This document shows, piece by piece, positions 20,102 to 27,597 of a stretch of 40,301 nt of DNA. The translations under genes were made by a program, and so were the position numbers. The stretch's first letter is position 1. Each line of letters begins with the position of its first letter. The notes below the pieces were generated by a model. That model did no database searches. It was given only the letters and a program-made list of their open reading frames with translations, and had not been told where the DNA came from. Source of the DNA: a virus (taxonomy: Duplodnaviria; Caudoviricetes); the IMG/VR virus record IMGVR_UViG_3300027711_000006, positions 1-40,301 of that record, one strand, 5' to 3'.

Positions 20102-20322
20102 CCTGGTTCTCCCGCCTGAAGCGGCGGTTCGCTTCCCCTCCGGTCACCGACGAGGAGCTCTCCCAGTTGCGTGACCGATCCGAGCAGGACGGGGCGAAAG
20201 CCCGCGCCCGCGAGAAGGAGGTGCATGACGTGGCTTCTCGTCTCCACTGGCAGCGCCACCAGAACCATTTCGGCCCACTGATCTGGCACGCCCTGCGGGG
20301 TGAGGGAGGGGCTGATGTATGA
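20098..20322 (+). CDS. Hypothetical lysis-cassette protein
   Basis: QNHFGPLI motif; coupled overlaps on both sides. Confidence 0.7.
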   Translation: MTWFSRLKRRFASPPVTDEELSQLRDRSEQDGAKARAREKEVHDVASRLHWQRHQNHFGPLIWHALRGEGGADV

Positions 20323-20608
20323 GGCAGGCACTGTGCTAGCGACGTTGGCAGCCCTGATGATGTGGGGGTTCGCCGTGGACTATTCCCGGGTGACGTGGTG
20401 GGACAACCCTGGCGGTCGCCTGGTGATGAGTGTGCTGGTGTCGCTCGCGCTGGTGCTCAGCCTGGTGGCGCTCCGGAATTGGTTCGGTCCGTTTCCGGGG
20501 CATGAGCTGGTGCGGGTGTTGGTGTTCGGTGCGGCGCTGGGCGCGATCGCGTGGGCGTGGGTGTTGCACCGGCAGGCTCGCAAGGGAAAGCACCGCGCGA
20601 ATCGCTAA
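20315..20608 (+). CDS. Putative holin-like 3-TM protein
   Basis: Three hydrophobic segments, WWDNPGGR, basic C-terminus. Confidence 0.7.
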   Translation: MYEAGTVLATLAALMMWGFAVDYSRVTWWDNPGGRLVMSVLVSLALVLSLVALRNWFGPFPGHELVRVLVFGAALGAIAWAWVLHRQARKGKHRANR

Positions 20609-20627
20609 GACCGATTTGTTCGTATTC

Positions 20628-20648
20628 GCCCCTTTGTGGGGCTTTTTT
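20628..20648 (+). terminator. Intrinsic terminator
   Basis: GCCCC-TTTGT-GGGGC followed by TTTTTT. Confidence 0.65.
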
Positions 20649-20667
20649 CATGCCCTGGGAGATCCCC

Positions 20668-20832
20668 GTGACCAAGCAGGACCCCGCCGCTTATCTGTTC
20701 GACCCCGAAGCCGACCCGGGGCCTCCGGACGCCGGCCGTGACGCGGTCGGCGCCACCGAGAACCCCGACCCCACCGAACCCGAAGACGCCGGGTGCGGGT
20801 GCGCAGGAGAAGAAGGGAGGCAGGACGCATGA
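20668..20832 (+). CDS. Small acidic protein
   Basis: GGGAG RBS, GTG start, ATGA overlap with endolysin. Confidence 0.55.
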   Translation: MTKQDPAAYLFDPEADPGPPDAGRDAVGATENPDPTEPEDAGCGCAGEEGRQDA

Positions 20833-21668
20833 AGCTCATCACCCGCGCGGGGTGGGGCGCCCGGTCCCGCACCACCTCCACCAACATCACCCCCTCACGT
20901 GGCGGTGTGACCATCCACTACGTGGGCGCCAGCTCCATCAATGACTCCCACTCCCAGTGCGCGGCCCGGGTGCGGGGTATCCAGAACCACCACATCAACG
21001 GCAACGGCTGGTCCGACATCGCCTATTCGCTGCTGGTGTGCCGCCACGGCTACGTGTACGTGGGCCGCGGTATCAACCGGCGCACCGCCGCGAACGGCAC
21101 CAACGCCGGCAACCAGAACTGGTACGCGGTGTGCGCCCTCCTCGGGGGATCGCAGAAGCCCACCGACGAGATGGTGCAGGGCATCAAGGACGCCGTCGCC
21201 TACCTGCGTAAGTCCGGTGGGGCTGGGCCTCGGGTCAACGGCCACCGCGACCACCTGGCCACGTCGTGCCCTGGCGGTCCGCTGTACCAGATGGTCCGCG
21301 ACGGCGTTTTCGGGTCCGGCGGATCAGCTGCCCCGTCTCCCGGCTCCGGGGGCGGGACCACTACCAACTCGGGAGATGAAGAGATGCTCGGACTGAAGGA
21401 AGGCGACAAGGGCGAAGCCGTCAAGGCGCTCCAGACGTCACTCAGACACGCCGGGTTCGGTCACCTGCTCGGCAACTACGGGCCCAACAAGGACGGCGTC
21501 GACGGGGTCTACGGCAAGGGCGTGTCCAAGGCTGTGCTGGCGTGCCGCAAGTGGGTCGGCTCCTCCGCCACGTCCGGCACGTCGGTGACCGGTTCTGCGG
21601 CTGCGCAGATCCGCCGCGCCGTGGCCCGCAGGGAGGCCGAAGACGCAGTGAAGGACCTGAAGAAGTGA
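20829..21668 (+). CDS. Endolysin: Amidase_2/PGRP-like N-acetylmuramoyl-L-alanine amidase plus peptidoglycan-binding domain
   Basis: ITRAGWGA, IHY, GWSDIAY, GHRD...TSCPG; LKEGDKGEAVKALQ...DGVYG. Confidence 0.93.
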   Translation: MKLITRAGWGARSRTTSTNITPSRGGVTIHYVGASSINDSHSQCAARVRGIQNHHINGNGWSDIAYSLLVCRHGYVYVGRGINRRTAANGTNAGNQNWYAVCALLGGSQKPTDEMVQGIKDAVAYLRKSGGAGPRVNGHRDHLATSCPGGPLYQMVRDGVFGSGGSAAPSPGSGGGTTTNSGDEEMLGLKEGDKGEAVKALQTSLRHAGFGHLLGNYGPNKDGVDGVYGKGVSKAVLACRKWVGSSATSGTSVTGSAAAQIRRAVARREAEDAVKDLKK

Positions 21669-21697
21669 CCCCGAAACACAGAAGAGAAGAGGACCAC

Positions 21698-21937
21698 ATG
21701 TCTCAGAAGGTCGAAACGAAGGTCACCATCGCCACGTTCGCCAGCCTCGCCGCTGGTGTGCTGCTGGCAGTGCTGACCGCTGTCCAGTCCGACCCGACGG
21801 TGATCGGCGGGCTGCCGGACACGGTGCAGTTCCTGATCATCGCCGCCCTGCCTCCGGTACTGACGTTCCTGGGCGGGTACACGGCCCCCCACACCCCCCG
21901 ACCTGGAGCGGCGGCCAAGAGTGACCGTCACCTCTGA
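21698..21937 (+). CDS. Holin (actinomycete 2-TM type)
   Basis: VETKVT...two TM segments...FLGGYTAPHTPR; follows endolysin. Confidence 0.8.
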   Translation: MSQKVETKVTIATFASLAAGVLLAVLTAVQSDPTVIGGLPDTVQFLIIAALPPVLTFLGGYTAPHTPRPGAAAKSDRHL

Positions 21938-22460
21938 CCCGGGGTGGGACCTGATCCCGTACCCGGAGCCGGTGCTGGAGTTTGAGCCAGACCGGGTGAT
22001 CAAACGCTACCCGCCGCTGATCCGGCACCGGTTGGACGTGGAGGTGGCCGCCTACCGTGCATGCGCGTGGGCGGCCCCCCGCCTGCTGTGGGTCACCCCG
22101 CAGGCGATCTGTGTGGAGCGGTGCACCCCGCTGTTGGACGCACCCCGAAACCCTGACCACGCGGTGCAGCTACACGCCCTGTTGGTGAAGTTGCACGCCA
22201 CGGGGTGGGCGCACCGGGACGTGTCCGCACCCAACATCGTCCTCCACCCGACCAGGGGGGTGCTGTTGATCGATTGGGAGACCGCCGGGCGGTGTGACCC
22301 CACCCGGCCGTCGTATGACCTGCATGGTGCTGCTGCCGCCGGGTTCCCTGCCGAGTTGTTGCCGCTGCACCAGCGGCCTGACGGGGTGTGGTGGGGCGGC
22401 CCCGGTTATGACGCCCCCGCGAAATATTGGGGAGGTGCCGGTGCCGACCTCGGACGGTGA
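21921..22460 (+). CDS. Minimal protein-kinase-like phosphotransferase (APH/RIO/Kdo-like)
   Basis: VIK lysine, helix-C Glu, HRDVSAPN catalytic loop, LLIDWE Mg-binding motif. Confidence 0.8.
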   Translation: MTVTSDPGWDLIPYPEPVLEFEPDRVIKRYPPLIRHRLDVEVAAYRACAWAAPRLLWVTPQAICVERCTPLLDAPRNPDHAVQLHALLVKLHATGWAHRDVSAPNIVLHPTRGVLLIDWETAGRCDPTRPSYDLHGAAAAGFPAELLPLHQRPDGVWWGGPGYDAPAKYWGGAGADLGR

Positions 22461-22983
22461 GGGCAAGGAGTGGGCGCGGGACGTCATCAAGCGTCTCGAT
22501 CCTGGCGTGGTGGTCGACGTCGGGCCCGGCGAGGGCACCTACGTCCACCTGGCCCGCGATGTGACTCCGGGGTGCCGGTGGATCGGGGTGGAGGCGTGGG
22601 CCCCCTACATCCCCCAATTCCAGCTGTGGGACATCTACGACTGGGTGATCGTGTCCGACATCCGCCACCTGGACCCGTACACGCTGGTCAGGGATCCGGA
22701 CCTGGTGATCCTCGCTGACGTGCTGGAGCACATGGACCAGCTGGAAGCGCGGGGTGTACTGGCCCGCATGAAGGACTGGGCGCACAACATCCTCGTGTCA
22801 GTGCCGCTCGCCCACCATGACCAGGGTGACGTCAACGGCAACTGGTTCGAGATCCACCGGGAGCACTGGACAGCGCAGCAGATGCGCAAAGAGCTCGGGG
22901 CCGGGCTGGTCGAGGCACGTGAGGGCACGGTGTTGGGCTACTACCTGTGGTCCGCGGCGAAAGCGGCGGGGGGTGGGCGTTGA
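22441..22983 (+). CDS. Class I SAM-dependent methyltransferase
   Basis: VVDVGPGEG motif I, IGVE, DLVILADVLEH; GGAGG RBS. Confidence 0.88.
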   Translation: MPTSDGEGKEWARDVIKRLDPGVVVDVGPGEGTYVHLARDVTPGCRWIGVEAWAPYIPQFQLWDIYDWVIVSDIRHLDPYTLVRDPDLVILADVLEHMDQLEARGVLARMKDWAHNILVSVPLAHHDQGDVNGNWFEIHREHWTAQQMRKELGAGLVEAREGTVLGYYLWSAAKAAGGGR

Positions 22984-24572
22984 CCAAGGTCACGGTGTGC
23001 GTGCCGTTTCGGGCGGGTGCGTTGGATCGGGAGATCCACGCTGATTACGTGGCCGCCCGGTTGCGGGAGATGCTGCCTCGGGCGCGTCACATGGTGGTGG
23101 ACGTCGAGGGCCAGTTTTCCCGCGCCAAGGTCAGGAACGAAGCCGTCAGGAGAGCCGGGGGTGGGGTGGTGGTGTTGTGCGACGCCGACACCCTCCCCGA
23201 GAAACAACCCCTGCTCGACGCGATCGCCGGCGCCGCTGACGATGGTCGGCTGCACCTGCCCTACACCCGCTACCGGGCCCTGTCCCCGGAAGGCACTTTG
23301 GCGGTGTACGCCCGCGGGGTGGATCCTCGGGACGCCCCGGTGGAGGACGAGTCACGCCGCCCCATCGGCGGGGTGTGGGTCATCCACCATGATGCGTGGT
23401 GGGCCGCCGGCGGGATGGACGAACAGTTCCGGGGCTGGGGGTTTGAGGACGACGCTTTCCACACCGCCGCCAACATCCTGCTCGGGCAGACGGTACGGCA
23501 TGAGGGAACCATCACCCACCTGCACCACCAGTCAGCGGCGAATCTCCAGTCCCCGGAGTACCGCAAAAACAAGGCCCGCTACCAGCAGTACATGCGGGTG
23601 CGTCGCAACCCCGAGCAGATGCGCAAACTCGTCGGCGCACTCGATCCCACCAAGAAACGCATCACGGTGTTGGCGCACTACTACCTGCCCGCACATCGGG
23701 CCGGCGCGGAGATCATGCTGCATGAGCTCCTGAAACCGTTGGTGGCGCGCGGCCACCACGTAACGGTGTGGGCGACTGATGAGGTCGAGGATGCCGAGGT
23801 GGACGGGGTTACCGTCCGCGCCGGGACCCCCGAGACTGTGGCTGCGGATGTGGTGGTGTCGCATCTGAAGAGCGTGCCGACCGCCAGGAAGCTCGCCAAG
23901 AAGGCGGGGGCTCGGCTGGTTCAGGTGGTGCATTCAGCGGCGCCGTGGGTGGTCAAGGATGTGCGTGCCGGCGCTGATCTGGTGGTGGCCAACTCCGAGC
24001 ATGTGGCCCGCGATCTACGTTGGCGCGGCGACATGTTGGTGGTGCATCCGCCCGTGTATGCGGATCGGCACCGCACCCGCCCGGGTAGGCGGGTGACGCT
24101 GGTCAACCCCATCCCCGCCAAGGGCGCCGGCGTGTTCTACGAGCTGGCGCGGCGGATGCCCCGTACCCCGTTCTTAGCGGTGGAGGGCGGCTACCAGCAA
24201 ACCGAACAGGTGCGTGAACGGTTGCCGAACGTGCGGTGGCAACCCCACACCGCGGACATGCGCCGCCGGGTGTGGGCTCACACCCGTGTGCTGCTCATGC
24301 CCTCGCAGGAGGAGTCCTACGGGATGGCTGCCGTGGAGGCTGCCGCGTCTGGGATCCCCACGATCGCCCACCCCACCCCCGGGCTCCAAGAGGCGTTGGG
24401 GGACGCGGGGGTGTTCGTGGACCGCGACGACATCGACGGCTGGGAGACAGCGCTGAAGGAACTGCTGGGTGCCGGGTGGGCGCTGGCGTCGAAGAAGGCG
24501 TTGGCGCGTTCCGCTGAGATCAATCCCCGCCAGGAGGTGGACACGTGGGTGCGAGCGGTCGAGTGTCTGTGA
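22980..24572 (+). CDS. Bifunctional glycosyltransferase (GT-A GT2/GT7-like plus GT-B GT4-like)
   Basis: DAD motif and GGMDEQFRGWGFED in N-terminal half; HRAGAEIM and ESYGMAAVEAAASGIP (EX7E) in C-terminal half. Confidence 0.9.
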   Translation: MTKVTVCVPFRAGALDREIHADYVAARLREMLPRARHMVVDVEGQFSRAKVRNEAVRRAGGGVVVLCDADTLPEKQPLLDAIAGAADDGRLHLPYTRYRALSPEGTLAVYARGVDPRDAPVEDESRRPIGGVWVIHHDAWWAAGGMDEQFRGWGFEDDAFHTAANILLGQTVRHEGTITHLHHQSAANLQSPEYRKNKARYQQYMRVRRNPEQMRKLVGALDPTKKRITVLAHYYLPAHRAGAEIMLHELLKPLVARGHHVTVWATDEVEDAEVDGVTVRAGTPETVAADVVVSHLKSVPTARKLAKKAGARLVQVVHSAAPWVVKDVRAGADLVVANSEHVARDLRWRGDMLVVHPPVYADRHRTRPGRRVTLVNPIPAKGAGVFYELARRMPRTPFLAVEGGYQQTEQVRERLPNVRWQPHTADMRRRVWAHTRVLLMPSQEESYGMAAVEAAASGIPTIAHPTPGLQEALGDAGVFVDRDDIDGWETALKELLGAGWALASKKALARSAEINPRQEVDTWVRAVECL

Positions 24573-25228
24573 TCATCCCGTGGGCACCGGGCGTGGGGTG
24601 TCGGCACCGTGAAGCGGCTTTGGCGTGGACCGCGTCCAAGTGGGTCGGGACCGGCCATGAGGTGGTGGTGGGGGAGAACACGGGCCCGTGGTGCAAGGCC
24701 GCCGCGGTGGCGGATGGGCTCGCTCGGGCGACCGGTGATGTGCTGGTGGTGGCGGACGCGGACGTGTGGACCCCAGGGTGGGAAGGCGCTGTCGGCCGAG
24801 TGGTGTCGGGGGTGCCGTGGGCGATGCCGCACGGCAAGGTCCACCGCCTCACCCACGCCGCCACGCAGCAGGTGCTTGACGGGCACGAGCCCGCCCGGGA
24901 GATGGATCTGACGCAGTCCCCGTATCAGGGGTGGCCGGGTGGCGGCATGGTGGTGGTGCGCCGTGACGTGTACGAACGGGCCCCGTTGGACCCGAGGTTC
25001 GTGGGGTGGTCCGGTGAGGATGAGTCGTGGGCGCACGCGCTCCGGGCCCTGGCCGGCCCTGGGTGGCGCGGTACGGCGCCGTTGTGGCATCTGTGGCATC
25101 CACCCCAGGAACGCATGTCCCGACGGTGGGGGTCCCATGCGGCGCGCGCTCTGGCGACCCGGTACGCGCGGGCGCGTACTCGTGAGCGGATGCGCGCGCT
25201 CTTAGACGAAGCACATCAGCCAGTGTGA
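24545..25228 (+). CDS. GT-A glycosyltransferase (GT2/GT7-like)
   Basis: VSVIIPW, VVADADV, LDPRFVGWSGED, WHLWH. Confidence 0.88.
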   Translation: MGASGRVSVIIPWAPGVGCRHREAALAWTASKWVGTGHEVVVGENTGPWCKAAAVADGLARATGDVLVVADADVWTPGWEGAVGRVVSGVPWAMPHGKVHRLTHAATQQVLDGHEPAREMDLTQSPYQGWPGGGMVVVRRDVYERAPLDPRFVGWSGEDESWAHALRALAGPGWRGTAPLWHLWHPPQERMSRRWGSHAARALATRYARARTRERMRALLDEAHQPV

Positions 25229-25229
25229 A

Positions 25230-25265
25230 GCCCCACCCTGCCAGTTGGCGGGGTGGGGTTGCTTT
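25230..25265 (+). terminator. Terminator ending the late operon
   Basis: GCCCCACCCTGCCA-GT-TGGCGGGGTGGGGT then TGCTTT. Confidence 0.7.
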
Positions 25266-25324
25266 GTTGTGTCCGGGTCCGGCCACCGGCTCTGCTCGTC
25301 CGTGCCCGGTGCGATGATCACTCC

Positions 25325-25546
25325 ATGGGCGATGAGATCACGGTGGAGCTGGTGGGCGGGCCGCTGGACGGCCAGAGGCTGACGTACACCCTCCAGGATC
25401 TGGGGGAGGACTGGACGCAGTGGGGCGCGCACATGATCGTGCCGGGGGAGCGGGCACACCCCGTGGATCCGAGCGCGCGAGCGGTGTACGAACCCATCCC
25501 GATGCGGCCCTGCACGCAGTGGGTGTTCGACGGGTGGGTGGCATGA
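25325..25546 (+). CDS. Small protein with VELVGGPLDG motif
   Basis: ATG 25325; motif shared with 36313-36528. Confidence 0.7.
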   Translation: MGDEITVELVGGPLDGQRLTYTLQDLGEDWTQWGAHMIVPGERAHPVDPSARAVYEPIPMRPCTQWVFDGWVA

Positions 25547-25548
25547 GG

Positions 25549-25573
25549 AAGCCCCCACCCAAGGTGGGGGCTT
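25549..25573. terminator. Bidirectional terminator hairpin abutting CRISPR repeat
   Basis: AAGCCCCCACC-CAA-GGTGGGGGCTT perfect 11-bp stem between convergent units. Confidence 0.7.
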
Positions 25574-25646
25574 ATCCCCGCGTGCGCGGGGAGCAGGTTG
25601 GTGTCTTCGCGATTGAGTGGACCACCCCCGCATGCGCAGGGAGCAC
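25569..25646 (-). CRISPR. Type I-E-like CRISPR mini-array (2 repeats, one 21-22 nt spacer), no cas genes
   Basis: Minus strand: GTGCTCCCTGCGCATGCGGGGGTGGTCC - ACTCAATCGCGAAGACACCAAC - CTGCTCCCCGCGCACGCGGGGATAAGCC; same architecture as E. coli GTGTTCCCCGCGCCAGCGGGGATAAACCG. Confidence 0.85.
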
Positions 25647-25648
25647 GT

Positions 25649-25840
25649 TCACCGGCAGTCGCACCGGCCGGTGAGCCCACACGTCTCACACGGGGCACTT
25701 GGCTGCGGCGGGTCAGTGTGCCCATCTCCTCGCCAGTCGCCGGGGAGTCTACCGTTCCGTCGTGCGGCGGCCCGGCGTTTCGACGCTTTCGACCAGCCCC
25801 GCGGCGTCTTTGGCTGTTGGTCTTTGGGTGTTTCGCCCAT
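25649..25840 (-). CDS. 63-aa basic protein with C-terminal CxxC-x5-CxC
   Basis: MGETPKDQ...CETCGLTGRCDCR; AAGGA or TGC-AAGGAT element upstream; stops 2 nt before the repeat. Confidence 0.55.
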   Translation of the reverse strand: MGETPKDQQPKTPRGWSKASKRRAAARRNGRLPGDWRGDGHTDPPQPSAPCETCGLTGRCDCR

Positions 25841-26148
25841 GGGTTCATCCTTGCATCTGGTGGTGTCTATTGGGGGTGGTGGCCGGTTCCGGCCACGTCT
25901 CACGGCGAAGGGGCCACCCCTCTTGGGATGACCCCCGGGCCCGCTTCCCCTTCGGGCCTGCCGCTCCCCACCCCCGCGGGGAACGGCCGCTTGTGCGCGG
26001 CCGGAACGCCAGGCTTCATGTCTGTCTTGCGTCCCGGCCGCCCGACACCGTGGTGCCGGTGCCGCCCGGATCCCCTCGTGCACGCCGGGACGGCGTTTTG
26101 GCCCGCACACCGGATGGGAAGGGCTGGGATACCGGCGTGCGGAAGTCT

Positions 26149-26301
26149 CTACCTACGAGGCCACGGGTCGCCACCCGGGCTCAGAGCGTTGCCGCACGAA
26201 CTGCAGTAGTCCGCATTGTCAGGGTTGCTTGTGCTGCACGACGGGCACCGTTTCGCGCACACAATGAGCTGCGAAAACACCATTTCTGAAAGGCTGCCCA
26301 T
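26149..26301 (-). CDS. 50-aa zinc-ribbon protein
   Basis: MGSLSEMVFSQLIVCAKRCPSCSTSNPDNADYCSSCGNALSPGGDPWPRR; GAGG RBS; below ORF-track cutoff. Confidence 0.7.
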   Translation of the reverse strand: MGSLSEMVFSQLIVCAKRCPSCSTSNPDNADYCSSCGNALSPGGDPWPRR

Positions 26302-26330
26302 TCCCTTTTCCTCTCTGCTACCGTCCGATC

Positions 26331-26633
26331 ATGAGGTCTGAAATCAACCCCCCGACCCCCACCGAGGTCATTGCCAGCTGGATCCCACACGACGCCCGCT
26401 GGCACCGCCAAGCCCGCACCGCTGCGGTCGTGGGGGAGAGCGCTCTGCGCCGGTACGTGTCCGGCCTGGTCGACCACTACCGCGACGGCGAGACCCCGTT
26501 GACCACCGACTACGACCTGCGGTCCATCGCCGCGGTGCGTGAGGACTTGGGTCCGTACCTGCTCGCGCCGGTTGACTGGCGCCGCGTGCAGGACGCCTTG
26601 TTGCTGCCGTTGCGGATCTCGGGGCGCGTGTAG
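26331..26633 (+). CDS. Hypothetical protein (probably leaderless)
   Basis: TGC-TACCGT -10 element 6 nt before ATG; natural composition. Confidence 0.7.
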   Translation: MRSEINPPTPTEVIASWIPHDARWHRQARTAAVVGESALRRYVSGLVDHYRDGETPLTTDYDLRSIAAVREDLGPYLLAPVDWRRVQDALLLPLRISGRV

Positions 26634-26642
26634 GCGCGTGGG

Positions 26643-26768
26643 CTACTTGCCCTCCTTCTTCTGTGCTTCCCTCTCCTTCCTCTCGCGTTCCTCCTGCTCC
26701 TCGTTGCGCTTGGCGACGTTCTTCAGGGACTCATCGATCTCGTCCTGGTTGCCCATGATCCACGCCAT
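26643..26768 (-). CDS. 41-aa charged coiled-coil peptide
   Basis: GAGGAGG RBS; MAWIMGNQDEIDESLKNVAKRNEEQEERERKEREAQKKEGK. Confidence 0.6.
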   Translation of the reverse strand: MAWIMGNQDEIDESLKNVAKRNEEQEERERKEREAQKKEGK

Positions 26769-26800
26769 CAGGGCCTCCTCTCTGTTCTCGGGAGGTTTTG

Positions 26801-27022
26801 TCAGCCCAGTTCCCACCCGATGGCGGGCAGGACCATGGTGGGCTCGACGGTCTGTCGGCGGCGGGCGAACAGCTCGTCCTGCGCCCGAACAAGTGCCTGC
26901 TCCAACGGAGTAAGGGGCGCGTCCGGGTCATCGTCCGGGGATTCGGCTTCGACGTAGGCGACGACGGCGAGCGTGTACTCCACACCCGTCAACGGCCGGG
27001 CGGGGAGGTTCGGGGAGGTCAT
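26801..27022 (-). CDS. Hypothetical protein
   Basis: AGGAG RBS before ATG 27022 (alternative GTG 27130). Confidence 0.6.
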   Translation of the reverse strand: MTSPNLPARPLTGVEYTLAVVAYVEAESPDDDPDAPLTPLEQALVRAQDELFARRRQTVEPTMVLPAIGWELG

Positions 27023-27126
27023 GGTTCGTGCTCCTGGGGTGGTCAGGTAGGTGCGCACAGCCCGGGTGAGATCAGACAGATCCGGCGGGGTGGTGGACTC
27101 GCACCGCCACAGCTGCGCCGGGGGCC

Positions 27127-27513
27127 TCACTGCGGCCTCCGCGAGTACGGAACCTGCCCCCACGAACCGGGGGAGCGCATCGCCGCTTCCAGCTCGTAGC
27201 TGGTGTCCTTGATGAGGGTCGGCTCCGTACCGTCATCGGCCCGGCGGGTGGCGATCCACAGGGTGGGGGTGCGCCGTATCTCGTACCGCCCCCCGTACTC
27301 CTCCTGAAGTCGGGCGAGTTCCTGTGCTTCCAGCCGGACCAACAGACCCGCGGGGGAGGGCGCGGTCATCCGCACACCACACCGGGTGGCCGCCCACACC
27401 GCGCGCTGCCCAGGGGACGGGTCTCGACTGATCGTCCACTCGGGGTAGTCCGCCGCTATGCGCTCGAAAGCGGACGACAGCCGCATGGGCGTGTGCGTGC
27501 GCTGATCTGCCAT
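27127..27513 (-). CDS. Hypothetical protein with duplicated YxxWxIxR...WxATR module
   Basis: Internal repeat; GAGGTG RBS. Confidence 0.7.
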   Translation of the reverse strand: MADQRTHTPMRLSSAFERIAADYPEWTISRDPSPGQRAVWAATRCGVRMTAPSPAGLLVRLEAQELARLQEEYGGRYEIRRTPTLWIATRRADDGTEPTLIKDTSYELEAAMRSPGSWGQVPYSRRPQ

Positions 27514-27597
27514 CGTGTCTCACCTCAAGATCGTGTGGTGAGACGACCGTAAAAGCGAACCGACCCCGGGGAGGGCACACTTTGTACCCCCACACTG

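Noticed and set aside
21921-25228. GT cassette as a DNA hypermodification system
   Set aside because: No base hydroxymethylase, TET/JBP or DNA polymerase seen, and it lies in the late operon; kept only as an alternative.
25669-25750. Possible third and fourth CRISPR repeats at the same 50-nt period (25669, 25719)
   Set aside because: Too degenerate, need indels, and lie inside the plausible 63-aa ORF; only the register is suggestive.
26069-26097. Further repeat-like string CCTCGTGCACGCCGGGA
   Set aside because: Stem is broken and off-period; better explained as pairing with CGTCCCGGC near 26030.
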